A stretch of 64,000 nucleotides of DNA, from IMG/VR virus record IMGVR_UViG_3300027509_000001, positions 1 through 64,000 of that record; one strand, written 5' to 3'. Every line of letters begins with the position of its first letter. The first letter of the stretch is position 1. The stretch is from a virus (taxonomy: Duplodnaviria > Heunggongvirae > Uroviricota > Caudoviricetes). The notes under the pieces were generated by a model. The model was not told the origin of the DNA, searched no databases, and saw only the letters and a program-made list of their open reading frames with translations. Made by a program: the position numbers and the translations under genes. Positions 1 through 9,377 of the stretch are shown here, piece after piece.

Positions 1-2
1 CA

Positions 3-119
3 GACAAGGATTTGAACATTGTAGCAAGGGTATTTGAAACTGATTATGTACACCATTCCAATCCAAAGAAAGCAATGGAAAGAGAAGCTGAATTTATTAC
101 GTTTAAATTGAATCGATAA
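3..119 (+). CDS. 3' end of an upstream gene (partial, hypothetical)
   Basis: Frame 3 is open from the window edge to TAA at 117-119 (..FETDYVHHSNPKKAMEREAEFITFKLNR*). Confidence 0.3.
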   Translation, partial: DKDLNIVARVFETDYVHHSNPKKAMEREAEFITFKLNR

Positions 120-129
120 AATAAAAATT

Positions 130-300
130 ATGACAGAAATATTAAAAGATGATTATCCAGTATATGCAGGTTATTTCTATAACTGCGATGGGAAACCTAT
201 TATATCTGATATATCAGGCACCGTCAAAGATCTCAAGAAAGATTTAAGAGAATTCTATAAATTAGAAGCCAAGGAAATAACTAGACATGTTAGTATCTAA
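130..300 (+). CDS. small hypothetical protein (56 aa)
   Basis: ATG at 130 to TAA at 298-300; below the ORF-track size cut-off; tightly packed with neighbouring genes. Confidence 0.3.
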   Translation: MTEILKDDYPVYAGYFYNCDGKPIISDISGTVKDLKKDLREFYKLEAKEITRHVSI

Positions 301-316
301 TTAAAAAGCAATTTAA

Positions 317-622
317 ATGAACCTAAATAAAATTAAAGAAATTGTCGAATTGTCACTTAGTGATTCAGATAAAGAGAGTTTAATCATTTCTGAAATTTCT
401 AAAGGCGAAAATGTAATACCAATTATTTTGAGAATTTTAAACGCTGAACGAAAGCATAAGAATGAATTAGTTAGTAAGATGAATCTACTATTAAGCAAGG
501 CTGATATTGGTTTAAGAAAACCGAGATTAAACGAAGATGGATTCATGCAAAAAGATATCGCCGAATTTTACGACAAGGCAGAAGTTAATCATTGCTTTAA
601 AAATACAAAGAAATTAACATAA
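317..622 (+). CDS. hypothetical protein
   Basis: 101-aa ORF in the + strand early-gene-like block; no recognisable motif. Confidence 0.45.
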   Translation: MNLNKIKEIVELSLSDSDKESLIISEISKGENVIPIILRILNAERKHKNELVSKMNLLLSKADIGLRKPRLNEDGFMQKDIAEFYDKAEVNHCFKNTKKLT

Positions 623-692
623 ATTGCCTATTAGACCTTGCAACTGTGGTAGAAAATGCTTATATTTATAATGTAATTAAAAAGCAATATAA

Positions 693-929
693 ATGACAAC
701 AAGAAAAGAAATATTAGCAGCAATCAAAGGCCTTAAGAAAGGTGACTTTGAAGTTAACGTTAAGATTTATTCAAAAAATGATGCCGGGGAATATCACTGG
801 TTATTTAACTGGGTTGAAGGAGGACACAACGATGTCTGGGCAAAGACAAGAATTGCAGCGATAAGAAAAGTGACTGGAAGTTTAACTCCTGATCCATCTT
901 CGTTTAGAAAATGTGGTTACGCTTTTTAA
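693..929 (+). CDS. hypothetical protein
   Basis: 78-aa ORF, does not overlap its neighbours. Confidence 0.45.
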   Translation: MTTRKEILAAIKGLKKGDFEVNVKIYSKNDAGEYHWLFNWVEGGHNDVWAKTRIAAIRKVTGSLTPDPSSFRKCGYAF

Positions 930-984
930 TACGGGAGTACAAAGCCATTTAATCAAATTTCAAAATTTTAAATTATGCTAACTA

Positions 985-1182
985 ATGGCATATAAAGAAA
1001 ACGACAATTATAACCTATCGCGACATATGGTATATGGAAGTCAAAAATACGCTGAAAAGCTAGCTCGCAGATTTGAACATTCATCGAACTTGTACAAAGA
1101 CGTAAAAGTCGTAAGACAGTACAAAGAAAAACATGCCTTAGGTGAATACTTTGAAATGAGAGAGAAGGACAAATTAAACTAG
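985..1182 (+). CDS. hypothetical protein
   Basis: 65-aa ORF. Confidence 0.4.
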   Translation: MAYKENDNYNLSRHMVYGSQKYAEKLARRFEHSSNLYKDVKVVRQYKEKHALGEYFEMREKDKLN

Positions 1183-1197
1183 CAAAAGAAAGAAATC

Positions 1198-1440
1198 ATG
1201 GCAGTAACAATAGATAGTAGACAATTTCACGACAGCGTCGCAGACATATACTTCGGACCTATATATGATACTGATAGCGAGGGAGAAGGATTCAAAGAAT
1301 GGCTAGTAAAAGATCCAAGAGCATATACTGAAGGGTCTTTAAACGACTTGTTATTACAATATAGGAAGTATAAAGAAGAAATGTTGCAAAGAATTAGATC
1401 TAGAAGGGAATTTAGAAAAAGATTACTTTATACCAATTAA
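1198..1440 (+). CDS. hypothetical protein
   Basis: 80-aa ORF. Confidence 0.4.
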   Translation: MAVTIDSRQFHDSVADIYFGPIYDTDSEGEGFKEWLVKDPRAYTEGSLNDLLLQYRKYKEEMLQRIRSRREFRKRLLYTN

Positions 1441-1480
1441 CCAATAAATCAAATACCCCCTACATAAAAAATTTAAGACA

Positions 1481-1675
1481 ATGAATATTACTAACGATCA
1501 AAGAGAAATATTAGAGCATAAACTATCGGAAGGCATGGAATTTTGCTTCTTAGATTATTCAGGTTGGAACGAAATAGAAGACGAGGAGTTTCATGAGCTG
1601 AGAATAGCATATTTAAGGGCACATGAAGCCTTCAGAACATACTTAGAAAACAATGGCTTAATTGAGTATCAATAA
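1481..1675 (+). CDS. hypothetical acidic protein
   Basis: 64-aa ORF. Confidence 0.4.
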   Translation: MNITNDQREILEHKLSEGMEFCFLDYSGWNEIEDEEFHELRIAYLRAHEAFRTYLENNGLIEYQ

Positions 1676-1757
1676 ATTTTCAAAACTCGGCCGAGGAAAT
1701 CAAATCCTACGTTATAGTCAGCAAAAAAAAATTACTAAAATATTTGGATATTAATTA

Positions 1758-1795
1758 TATTATGCGTATATTGTAATTGAAAGTTAAAAACAACT
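1758..1795 (+). promoter_or_regulatory. promoter-like motif (GTATATT..GTAATT..AAAAACA), + strand copy
   Basis: 'gcgtatattgtaattgaaagttaaaaacaac' resembles the - strand motif found upstream of the genes starting at 22130, 40316 and 12992. Confidence 0.35.
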
Positions 1796-1929
1796 AAAAA
1801 TACAGGTATGAAAGTAACCATGGGGCAACATAATGGAGATTAGCCCAGTTAGTACATTAACTTCCATAGCCCTGAAGCAGCGGTACCCGTTAAAACATCT
1901 TTCTCAGGATTAAGCTTCTTGGATCGACT

Positions 1930-2208
1930 ATGGACATGGTTACGTTTTTAAAAGAAAAGAATATGAAAGACGTAGAACGAATAGTAATAAATGAACATGC
2001 AGGCTTCGAAGTAGGAAACTTAGCCTATCATAGGACATGCCCGTCAATAACATGGGTAATAGTACTAATCGAAGAATTAAAGAAGAATGAAAATTCTGTA
2101 TTTGGAATAACATGTACGAGAGTGGATAGAAACGGCGAGATGCATAGAGAAATGTTTATGCCAATAGAGCTCGAGATTGACAATACTCATGCGAAGAAGA
2201 TAATTTAA
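1930..2208 (+). CDS. hypothetical protein
   Basis: 92-aa ORF. Confidence 0.45.
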   Translation: MDMVTFLKEKNMKDVERIVINEHAGFEVGNLAYHRTCPSITWVIVLIEELKKNENSVFGITCTRVDRNGEMHREMFMPIELEIDNTHAKKII

Positions 2209-2526
2209 CGAAACTTTAACGTGGTGTTAATGATTTATTAAATATTCGGAAATATTTGGATTTGTCAGGAATTGATATGCGGCGATTTAAGCGGTAGAAA
2301 AAAGCAGAGACGGTAAATGGTATTGGGTGGTTTGAGTTTGTACCGTACCGTAAAAAAATTTGCCGTTAGAGTGATAAAAGATGCCTAATAATTCTATTCA
2401 ACGCTCACCGGATTCTACTAAAAAACCATATAAACCATATAACCGTAACAATATAGTTACGAATCTTAATAAACTTATTAACTGCATAAAAACCGTAACT
2501 GAATAGTTACATAAACCATATATAAA

Positions 2527-2781
2527 ATGAAATACCCAATAATTATTCTATTCTTTGCCATACTCATACTTCCGTTCAATGCCTGTTTTGTTCCAAGCGA
2601 TACAAAGAATGAAACCGTTAAAAAAGAAACACCCATTAAAAATATAGAGTTTGAAAGTATTGATTCCGTAGCTAATGTTGGTAGTAGAGCCATATTTGAA
2701 TTCAAATATCAAGGGTGCGAGTACTTACACATTTCATATCATTTCAATCATTTGGGTATTGCCCATAAAAGGAAACTGTAA
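2527..2781 (+). CDS. small secreted/membrane protein, 'GCEY' family
   Basis: N-terminal hydrophobic signal; shares the 'KxxGCEYLxI' motif with the ORF at 5128..5364. Confidence 0.45.
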   Translation: MKYPIIILFFAILILPFNACFVPSDTKNETVKKETPIKNIEFESIDSVANVGSRAIFEFKYQGCEYLHISYHFNHLGIAHKRKL

Positions 2782-2802
2782 AAACCATTAAATAATATCG
2801 TT

Positions 2803-3069
2803 ATGGCAAGTAAACCAAATCATAAAATAGTTAAACGGTATCTTAGCAAGTTCTTTTCTGCCCAATACCTTACTGAAAGAGATGCTGAGTTTAAAAGTCT
2901 CATACGAATATTAAATAAAAAAGATAATCGGCACATCGCTAACTTAATCGAGTTATGTACTTACATTGTCTTAAATACCGCTTCGCTTAGAGAGGATGAG
3001 ATTACTGAAGATATGGAAGCTGAGGTTTTTGCTACTGAGTTATTGGATGAATGGTTAAAAAATAATTAA
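2803..3069 (+). CDS. hypothetical protein
   Basis: 88-aa ORF. Confidence 0.45.
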   Translation: MASKPNHKIVKRYLSKFFSAQYLTERDAEFKSLIRILNKKDNRHIANLIELCTYIVLNTASLREDEITEDMEAEVFATELLDEWLKNN

Positions 3070-3525
3070 ATGAATAAAAAAGCTGAATTACTAAAAAAGA
3101 TCTTAGCTACTGAAGCCACGTTACGTGAGTTAAAGTTCGCATACGATCATTTAAAAGTTGTTAATAATAACCCGTTAGATTCTTATTCTCTCATTAAGAA
3201 GTACCTTCGTGATAATCAGTTAGAATATATAAGGGGTAGTTTTGTTACTAGTACTAGTTCTTACGTATCTGACATTTCTATATCGTTTTCTAATAGAATT
3301 CGTTTATATAATACTTCCATTGCATTAAATCATTTCTATAATGCTGATGAGACTGAATATATATTTGAACTGTATACTAATAATGATGATTATAAGATTA
3401 CTATTACTAGTTGCAGGAACAATCATTATTTTGGCGTACCTATCTTTAATTCTAGGAAAGGGGCTGATCACGCTTTACGTATATTAGGTGAAGAGAATAT
3501 TAAAAATGCATTATATCATGAATAA
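3070..3525 (+). CDS. hypothetical protein, tandem paralog A
   Basis: 151 aa; clearly homologous to the adjacent ORF at 3488..3967 (LDSYS..YLR.N.L.YIR.., ..NTSIAL.H.Y.., ..LRILGEE.IK.AL). Confidence 0.55.
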   Translation: MNKKAELLKKILATEATLRELKFAYDHLKVVNNNPLDSYSLIKKYLRDNQLEYIRGSFVTSTSSYVSDISISFSNRIRLYNTSIALNHFYNADETEYIFELYTNNDDYKITITSCRNNHYFGVPIFNSRKGADHALRILGEENIKNALYHE

Positions 3526-3967
3526 ATCTGAATTACAAAAAGAAATCGTTAAAGCTAGGGCTGCATTAAATGAATTAGAACAGTCGCTACTTAAATTAAA
3601 TACTATTGAAAATGAATTAGATTCTTATAGTAGTATCTGTGCCTATCTACGAAGTAATAAACTTCAGTATATTAGAGATTGGGAAACTAGTGACGGGGTT
3701 TATACTACTCCTCTTGCCGTGTCTTATTCTGCAAAGATGCAACTGGTAAATACATCCATTGCCTTAACTCATTTATATTCTTCTGAAAGTGCTTATAAGT
3801 GGTTATTTGAACTGCACACTAATGCTCAGGATGAAATGAAGGTTTTAATAACTCGTTGCAACGAAAATTATAGTGTTGGGGCCATTACCTTTAACTGTTT
3901 AAAAGGAGCTGAACATTCCTTAAGGATATTAGGAGAAGAAACAATTAAAACTGCATTATTATGGTAA
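3488..3967 (+). CDS. hypothetical protein, tandem paralog B
   Basis: 159 aa; paralog of 3070..3525; the true start is probably the internal Met near 3518. Confidence 0.55.
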   Translation: MKRILKMHYIMNKSELQKEIVKARAALNELEQSLLKLNTIENELDSYSSICAYLRSNKLQYIRDWETSDGVYTTPLAVSYSAKMQLVNTSIALTHLYSSESAYKWLFELHTNAQDEMKVLITRCNENYSVGAITFNCLKGAEHSLRILGEETIKTALLW

Positions 3968-4158
3968 AGTCAAAAGAAGATTGGGTGGACATACAATTAA
4001 ATAATTATTCACGTGATAAGTTAGAAACTATAGAGCATCTATTTATGTCCTTATTACAATCATGTGAACAGTATAGGAATAATAAAGAAAGTAAAGGTGC
4101 TCAGTCTGTGTTTAATAGTGCTATAGATTGCAGTCGGTTATTTATTGATAATATTTAA
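3961..4158 (+). CDS. hypothetical protein
   Basis: 65-aa ORF. Confidence 0.35.
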   Translation: MVKSKEDWVDIQLNNYSRDKLETIEHLFMSLLQSCEQYRNNKESKGAQSVFNSAIDCSRLFIDNI

Positions 4159-4170
4159 ATTATTTTATTT

Positions 4171-4515
4171 ATGATGTCAGAAGAATGGATAGAAACATCT
4201 GAAATAGAAATACCTAAGGATGGAAAAGAATATTTAACTAGGAATGGGCATCAAGGCGCCACATTTGCATTAATTAGATGGAATTCAATACATAACTATT
4301 ATCAGATTAAGGGAGAATATGTTTCTATCGGTAATGTTGGAACACAATGGTTACGTATTCCGGAATACGTTAATAAGGTTGGAATGAGCAGGCCTTTATA
4401 TAGAGATTATATCGATTTAGTAGAAGTACAACCTGGAGTTGTCGTGAATATATTGAAAGATGCTTATATACATGAATTAAATAAATATATTGATCACCTG
4501 GACCAAAAGAGTTAA
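4171..4515 (+). CDS. hypothetical protein
   Basis: 114-aa ORF. Confidence 0.45.
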   Translation: MMSEEWIETSEIEIPKDGKEYLTRNGHQGATFALIRWNSIHNYYQIKGEYVSIGNVGTQWLRIPEYVNKVGMSRPLYRDYIDLVEVQPGVVVNILKDAYIHELNKYIDHLDQKS

Positions 4516-4518
4516 ATT

Positions 4519-4806
4519 ATGATTAATACGAATGACATGAATTATGTTGAGTTTAAGCGGTATTTCTATTCCTCTAAAGCATATACATCTCTTAATATCT
4601 TTTTACGTTGTGCTATTATGCTATATGTTATTCAACTTACTTTTAAAAAGAAACATATAGGTGGATGGAAGCATTATTATAGGGTTAATCCGTATAATCC
4701 GATATCTTATGTATTTGTGGTATTATGTTCTATTTATTTGGTTTGTCTTGGAATCTTTAATACTGTTATTGAATTATTTGGACGTAATCCATTTAAATAT
4801 TCTTAG
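4519..4806 (+). CDS. hypothetical membrane protein
   Basis: 95 aa with two hydrophobic segments. Confidence 0.4.
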   Translation: MINTNDMNYVEFKRYFYSSKAYTSLNIFLRCAIMLYVIQLTFKKKHIGGWKHYYRVNPYNPISYVFVVLCSIYLVCLGIFNTVIELFGRNPFKYS

Positions 4807-4838
4807 TTTTATTTGCATTATCTGAAAATCTAGTAAAC

Positions 4839-4994
4839 ATGAAAATAGACAAAATAAAGCCAACCATAATAGTGGGCGAAGATACTTTTGACGTATTGGC
4901 TGCTTTAGATGTTCGAATTAAAGCTAAGATCGAACAGAACAAGAAACGGCTCTTTAACAGAAAGCGGACAAATCCAAAATATTTTAAAAATTGA
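4839..4994 (+). CDS. small hypothetical protein (51 aa)
   Basis: ATG at 4839 with a plausible N-terminus (MKIDKIKPTIIVGEDTFDV..); overlaps the track ORF at 4909..5124 in another frame, so only one of the two is likely real. Confidence 0.25.
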   Translation: MKIDKIKPTIIVGEDTFDVLAALDVRIKAKIEQNKKRLFNRKRTNPKYFKN

Positions 4995-5124
4995 TAACTT
5001 GAAGAAATTAATAATAACAATTGACACTGAAGCTTCTGTCCAACCAGCTTTTGCAAATACGTTGGAAAGTGATTATGATAAAGAGTTGCGAAAATTTATT
5101 GAATTATTAGAAATAAAGAAATAA
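4909..5124 (+). CDS. hypothetical protein
   Basis: 71-aa track ORF; ambiguous with the overlapping small ORF. Confidence 0.3.
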   Translation: MFELKLRSNRTRNGSLTESGQIQNILKIDNLKKLIITIDTEASVQPAFANTLESDYDKELRKFIELLEIKK

Positions 5125-5127
5125 CGT

Positions 5128-5364
5128 ATGAAAGAAAGACTTTTCAGTGCCACCATCGCCTTATTCGTTTTCATTATGATTGTCATGGCTATATGTTCTT
5201 TTCCAGATAAAGATATACCAGTATCTGTGCCTGTCTTAGATCCTGTCTATAATACCGATTCTATTAAGTCGTATGATCATGTGTTCAAGGGTTGCGAATA
5301 TATATTGTTTGTATATGGCGATAAGATGGCTGCTATTCATAAAGAAAATTGTATTAATCATTAA
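5128..5364 (+). CDS. small membrane protein, 'GCEY' family
   Basis: TM/signal segment and 'VFKGCEYILFV', paralogous to 2527..2781. Confidence 0.45.
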   Translation: MKERLFSATIALFVFIMIVMAICSFPDKDIPVSVPVLDPVYNTDSIKSYDHVFKGCEYILFVYGDKMAAIHKENCINH

Positions 5365-5375
5365 ATAAATTAAAA

Positions 5376-5537
5376 ATGAAAGAATTATATAGTGCCATGC
5401 GCGCCTTAATAATATTAATATTGATTATTAGTATTTTTTCTTCTCCAGATGAAAATAAGGATGCAGTAAGCTTGGATCCTGAAATTAAAGAGTGTATACA
5501 TGATCATGAAGAATGTTGCAAAAAAATTAAATTATGA
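5376..5537 (+). CDS. small membrane protein (53 aa)
   Basis: ATG at 5376; hydrophobic core ALIILILIISIF; stop overlaps the next start (ATGA). Confidence 0.3.
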   Translation: MKELYSAMRALIILILIISIFSSPDENKDAVSLDPEIKECIHDHEECCKKIKL

Positions 5538-5821
5538 AACACAAATTACTTATTTGGTTGCTCAAGCGATTCATTATAACTGGTCTTACTAACATGTTAT
5601 TAAATATTAAAGAATTGGACGTTGGACTTTGTTGGTTAAATTACCAATTGAATTCGGGATTAATCAATTTGGCTGTAAAATACTATTTGCAGACTAATAT
5701 ACCCAAAGATATAAAAATGGATGCATATGGATTTTGGTGGAAACCGGGAGCTAGAGAGCCACGGATGAAATATTTAAATGAACAGTTGCTCAAATTAAAA
5801 CCTTTGAATAAATGGAAATGA
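5534..5821 (+). CDS. hypothetical protein
   Basis: 95-aa ORF. Confidence 0.4.
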   Translation: MKHKLLIWLLKRFIITGLTNMLLNIKELDVGLCWLNYQLNSGLINLAVKYYLQTNIPKDIKMDAYGFWWKPGAREPRMKYLNEQLLKLKPLNKWK

Positions 5822-6009
5822 ACAATGAGAAATTTAAGGCATTTAACAATGAGTTCCTTTCTTTATTAGAATTGCATTGGCCTGAAATAACGCCTCCCTT
5901 TATTAATGAAATAGACGAGTATTTTGTTTTGTCAATGCCTCTTTGGTTAGCTGTTAATCATTATGCTATAGAAAATGGTGGAAAAGCGGTAAAAATTAAT
6001 AAGGATTAA
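5812..6009 (+). CDS. hypothetical protein
   Basis: 65-aa ORF. Confidence 0.35.
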   Translation: MEMNNEKFKAFNNEFLSLLELHWPEITPPFINEIDEYFVLSMPLWLAVNHYAIENGGKAVKINKD

Positions 6010-6051
6010 TATTTTCTTGTAATTGTCAGAAATTATATGTAATTTTAAAAT

Positions 6052-6713
6052 ATGAAGGAAGTTACAGTAAATATCGAAGCAACTAAAGCTAGGGCAGAAA
6101 CTTATTATATAGATAATGCTAATCGCAGACATGCAACAAAAAAAGAAGCTTTAAAGGCTGATAAAGAAATCCTTCTACGTGATCAGGCATTTGTATCAGT
6201 TATTGAGTTGAAATATACTAAATACATCAATGTACAATGGCTATATACATTCCAGATCAATTAATTCGACTAGTCACGAAAGTAGAGATTGGGTACGAGG
6301 ATTGTGGGGAAAGATAAATTGGGAAATACCAAATGACTGGAGAATATGTGGAGAAAACATGTTTGCCAAGCATACTGTACCATATAACCAGTTAAATTCT
6401 TATTTTTTAGCGTTTTCTATTTGGAATTCTGACAATTATTGTTTAAATTGGGAGGAAACCTTAGCGTATTTAGATATTTTAGGACTAGAACATGTACCTG
6501 TTATATACGATGGTATATATGATGAAGGTATATTAAAAGGTTTGGATTGCAATGGAGTTCAGAAAGAAGGATGGGTTATTAGAAACTGCCGAAGAGTTTG
6601 CATTTAAAGACTTTAAAAGAAACGTCGCTAAATTTGTAGGAGAAGGATTTGTTCTGCCTCATGGGCATTGGTTTAATAAAAAAATTATAAAAAATAATTT
6701 AAAATATGATTAA
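6052..6713 (+). pseudogene. three successive +1-shifted ORFs (6052..6264, 6230..6607, 6552..6713); possible frameshifted nucleotidyltransferase/ligase-like gene
   Basis: Each ORF overlaps the next in the +1 frame. The second piece carries 'KEGWVIRN' (ligase motif IV-like EGxVxK) and the third carries 'FKDFKR' (motif V-like) in a different frame. Confidence 0.25.
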
Positions 6714-6975
6714 TACACAAGATGCAACTGGAAATGAAATTGTTATTGGTAAATCTTATGGATATTCCAATGATAAAAATGGCTTTTGTACCGTAACACA
6801 TGGAATTGCAACAAAATCAAATGAAGGAAAAGTTACTTTAAAGGTTTTTCATAAAGTAAGATCATTATATAATGATGTACCAGAACCACAAACCATATCC
6901 AGATCTGTATCAGTTAAGGCATTAAAATTATTTCCATTACTAGAAACAAACAAAAACAATGAGAAGAGCAAATAA
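6706..6975 (+). CDS. hypothetical protein, 'YGYS' N-domain family
   Basis: Shares 'GNxIxxGxxYGYSxDxNG..V..GIA' and 'S.KxxKLFPL' with the - strand ORF at 13537..13995. Confidence 0.45.
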   Translation: MINTQDATGNEIVIGKSYGYSNDKNGFCTVTHGIATKSNEGKVTLKVFHKVRSLYNDVPEPQTISRSVSVKALKLFPLLETNKNNEKSK

Positions 6976-7696
6976 TGACGTCGAAGTATTATACAATGAC
7001 CAAGATCAATTAGCGGGCGTAAACATGGGTTTTGATTTTACTGCTGAGCACGAGTGGGGTATTGCAAGGATGCAAAGAGATTTGGGAGTCCAATTAAAGC
7101 CAACTCGAGATTTAAATGGATACGAATCTAGATTAATTACTAAAAATGAAACTGTTGGTTATTACGAAAAGGATGGAGTATATTATGTGGCATCACATTT
7201 GTTCAATAGATATACTGAAGATGAAAAGAAATGGAAAGATTATCCCCTTCGCATAAACAAAGATAAAGACATTTCAATTGCAAGTCATTGGGACTCTAAT
7301 CAATTTTTATTAGCGCATAATAGTAAAGAGCTTCAAGATCTACTAGTAAATGCCTTCAATAGCCTAAATGCATGTGTATTTATAGGCGCAGGATTGATTA
7401 TATTAGACTACACTAAAATATCTGAACAAGATAAGCAAGAAGCAACAGATTTAGATATGTCTAAAATCAGATTGAAAAATGCAATGCTTAAAACAGGAAT
7501 TAAAGAGCGATTGAAAAAAGCAGATAGAGGATTTCATGCACTATCTCCTAGATGGGCTAATGACGAAGAAACTGAAATAGTGTATTGGCTAAACCCTAGA
7601 CAGCAAGATTTATATAATTCTGCGTGGGTTACTGAAAAGGACCTAGATGATTGGATTGCTGGAAAAGGGAAAATTATTAAACCACGAAAAAAGTAA
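6959..7696 (+). CDS. hypothetical protein (possibly the C-terminal part of one gene with 6706..6975)
   Basis: 245-aa ORF that overlaps the end of the previous ORF. Confidence 0.45.
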   Translation: MRRANNDVEVLYNDQDQLAGVNMGFDFTAEHEWGIARMQRDLGVQLKPTRDLNGYESRLITKNETVGYYEKDGVYYVASHLFNRYTEDEKKWKDYPLRINKDKDISIASHWDSNQFLLAHNSKELQDLLVNAFNSLNACVFIGAGLIILDYTKISEQDKQEATDLDMSKIRLKNAMLKTGIKERLKKADRGFHALSPRWANDEETEIVYWLNPRQQDLYNSAWVTEKDLDDWIAGKGKIIKPRKK

Positions 7697-8282
7697 AATT
7701 ATGCCATGTAGATCAGATTATCAGGATCCTACGCAAAGAGAGTTAGAGTCAATAAAAGTTTTAAACTTTTTAAAGGAATTAGGTAAAGTTAAGAAAGTCA
7801 ATTCTTATGGAGACGTAAAAAATTTAGATAGAGATACGGCTAAATTGTGTAAGTTATGCAGCAAATTGTCCAAATCCTTGCAAATGGAGAAGCAGTCCTT
7901 AGAGCTACAAATTTGGTGGCGTGATCACCAAGCTGCCGATTTAGCTAGAATGATGGAAGAAGAAATAACAGAATTCAATATATTTCAGCCAATGTTATCT
8001 GACCCTAATGTCTTACAATTTGGTAGAAAGGGAATATATCATATACTAGCTATAGAAGGAGATTCTAATTACGCCTCTAAATCCACTTATTATAATGGTA
8101 AAAAGATCTTATTTAAATCCCCTAAAGACAGGAAGTTAGAGTCTGACAAAATGACTAATATAAAATTGCTAGTATTTGATTCGAGCTCCCTATCATTGGA
8201 TTGGAAATGCACTTATCGAAATACCAAGGGAGTCTATTTTAAGAAGCATCGCGATAAATTTTATATTATTAAAAGCAAATAA
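7647..8282 (+). CDS. hypothetical protein
   Basis: 211-aa ORF; the true start is probably the Met near 7701. Confidence 0.45.
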   Translation: MIGLLEKGKLLNHEKSKIMPCRSDYQDPTQRELESIKVLNFLKELGKVKKVNSYGDVKNLDRDTAKLCKLCSKLSKSLQMEKQSLELQIWWRDHQAADLARMMEEEITEFNIFQPMLSDPNVLQFGRKGIYHILAIEGDSNYASKSTYYNGKKILFKSPKDRKLESDKMTNIKLLVFDSSSLSLDWKCTYRNTKGVYFKKHRDKFYIIKSK

Positions 8283-8287
8283 AAACA

Positions 8288-8692
8288 ATGAAATATTTAA
8301 TATTACCGATTCTCCTATTTTTAAGTGCCTGCTATCCCGAACCCCCTGTTATTAATGAGGCGGTGTCATATGTACTTATCGATCAATATAAATCCGTAAA
8401 TGGAGTCGTTAACACAGATATAGGAGAAGTTTGTGGAATAGAAAATAACTTTTTAGTTACCAACGGAATAGATATTGGGTTAATTTCATCTTGTGAATTT
8501 GGGAGTAGATATACTGCAATATTATTTGAAGGTGGTTTTAGGCTTACCGAATCCTATATATTAGGGAATATAGAATTGTTTGTTGGTAATACATCAATAA
8601 AAATCCTATATACAAATTCTTTAACCATGGCACAATTGAAAATACCAATAGCACCAGACGAGTTTTATATATGTACCTATAAAAAAATTTAA
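8288..8692 (+). CDS. putative lipoprotein
   Basis: Signal peptide with lipobox LLFLSAC. Confidence 0.45.
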   Translation: MKYLILPILLFLSACYPEPPVINEAVSYVLIDQYKSVNGVVNTDIGEVCGIENNFLVTNGIDIGLISSCEFGSRYTAILFEGGFRLTESYILGNIELFVGNTSIKILYTNSLTMAQLKIPIAPDEFYICTYKKI

Positions 8693-9058
8693 ATGCCAAC
8701 ATCAACAATAATACCATTATTAGCCTTAAAGAGACCTATTTTAATTAAAACTGGTGGACATGCTGCTATCTACGAGGGTAGTTTACATGGAATTCATAAA
8801 GATTTATTGGATTTGTACACCGCGACATTGTCCAAATCTGACATTGAAAAAATACAAGATGTAGACGAAGATCTTAGTCCATTGATCGGCGCGCCAATGT
8901 TTTTAGGTTTTGCTGGACCTACATTATCAACATTTGACTCTGAAGAAGTTTGGGAATATAATATAAATCCCGATGTTAGAAACTTACATGCAGATTTTAA
9001 GGGAGAGAAAACATATTCAGAAATTATAAATATTTTATCTGAAGGACTATTAACTTGA
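8693..9058 (+). CDS. hypothetical protein
   Basis: 121-aa ORF. Confidence 0.45.
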   Translation: MPTSTIIPLLALKRPILIKTGGHAAIYEGSLHGIHKDLLDLYTATLSKSDIEKIQDVDEDLSPLIGAPMFLGFAGPTLSTFDSEEVWEYNINPDVRNLHADFKGEKTYSEIINILSEGLLT

Positions 9059-9128
9059 CAATATTAATCGTAATCTTTTTCTCATTTTTATTAACAATGT
9101 CATGGCACGTATATAACAAGTATTATAA

Positions 9129-9377
9129 ATGAAATCGAAATTTAATATTAAGGTATTTATGCTTGGGGCATTTGTGGCATGTTCTATAATGGCTGTTTTA
9201 ACTGCAATTGAAATTCATAATAAGCCATTACCATTGCCCATAGAAAGGACTGATTTAGAACAATTGCAATTTGAATATCAGAGACAGCATACTATCATTG
9301 AACACTTGCAAGAATCTTTGCAAAGAGAAACAACTTTATTAGAAGAATATAGAAATGAACTAAAAAAATATAAATAA
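9129..9377 (+). CDS. membrane-anchored coiled-coil protein
   Basis: N-terminal TM segment (VFMLGAFVACSIMAVL) followed by a charged helical region. Confidence 0.4.
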   Translation: MKSKFNIKVFMLGAFVACSIMAVLTAIEIHNKPLPLPIERTDLEQLQFEYQRQHTIIEHLQESLQRETTLLEEYRNELKKYK

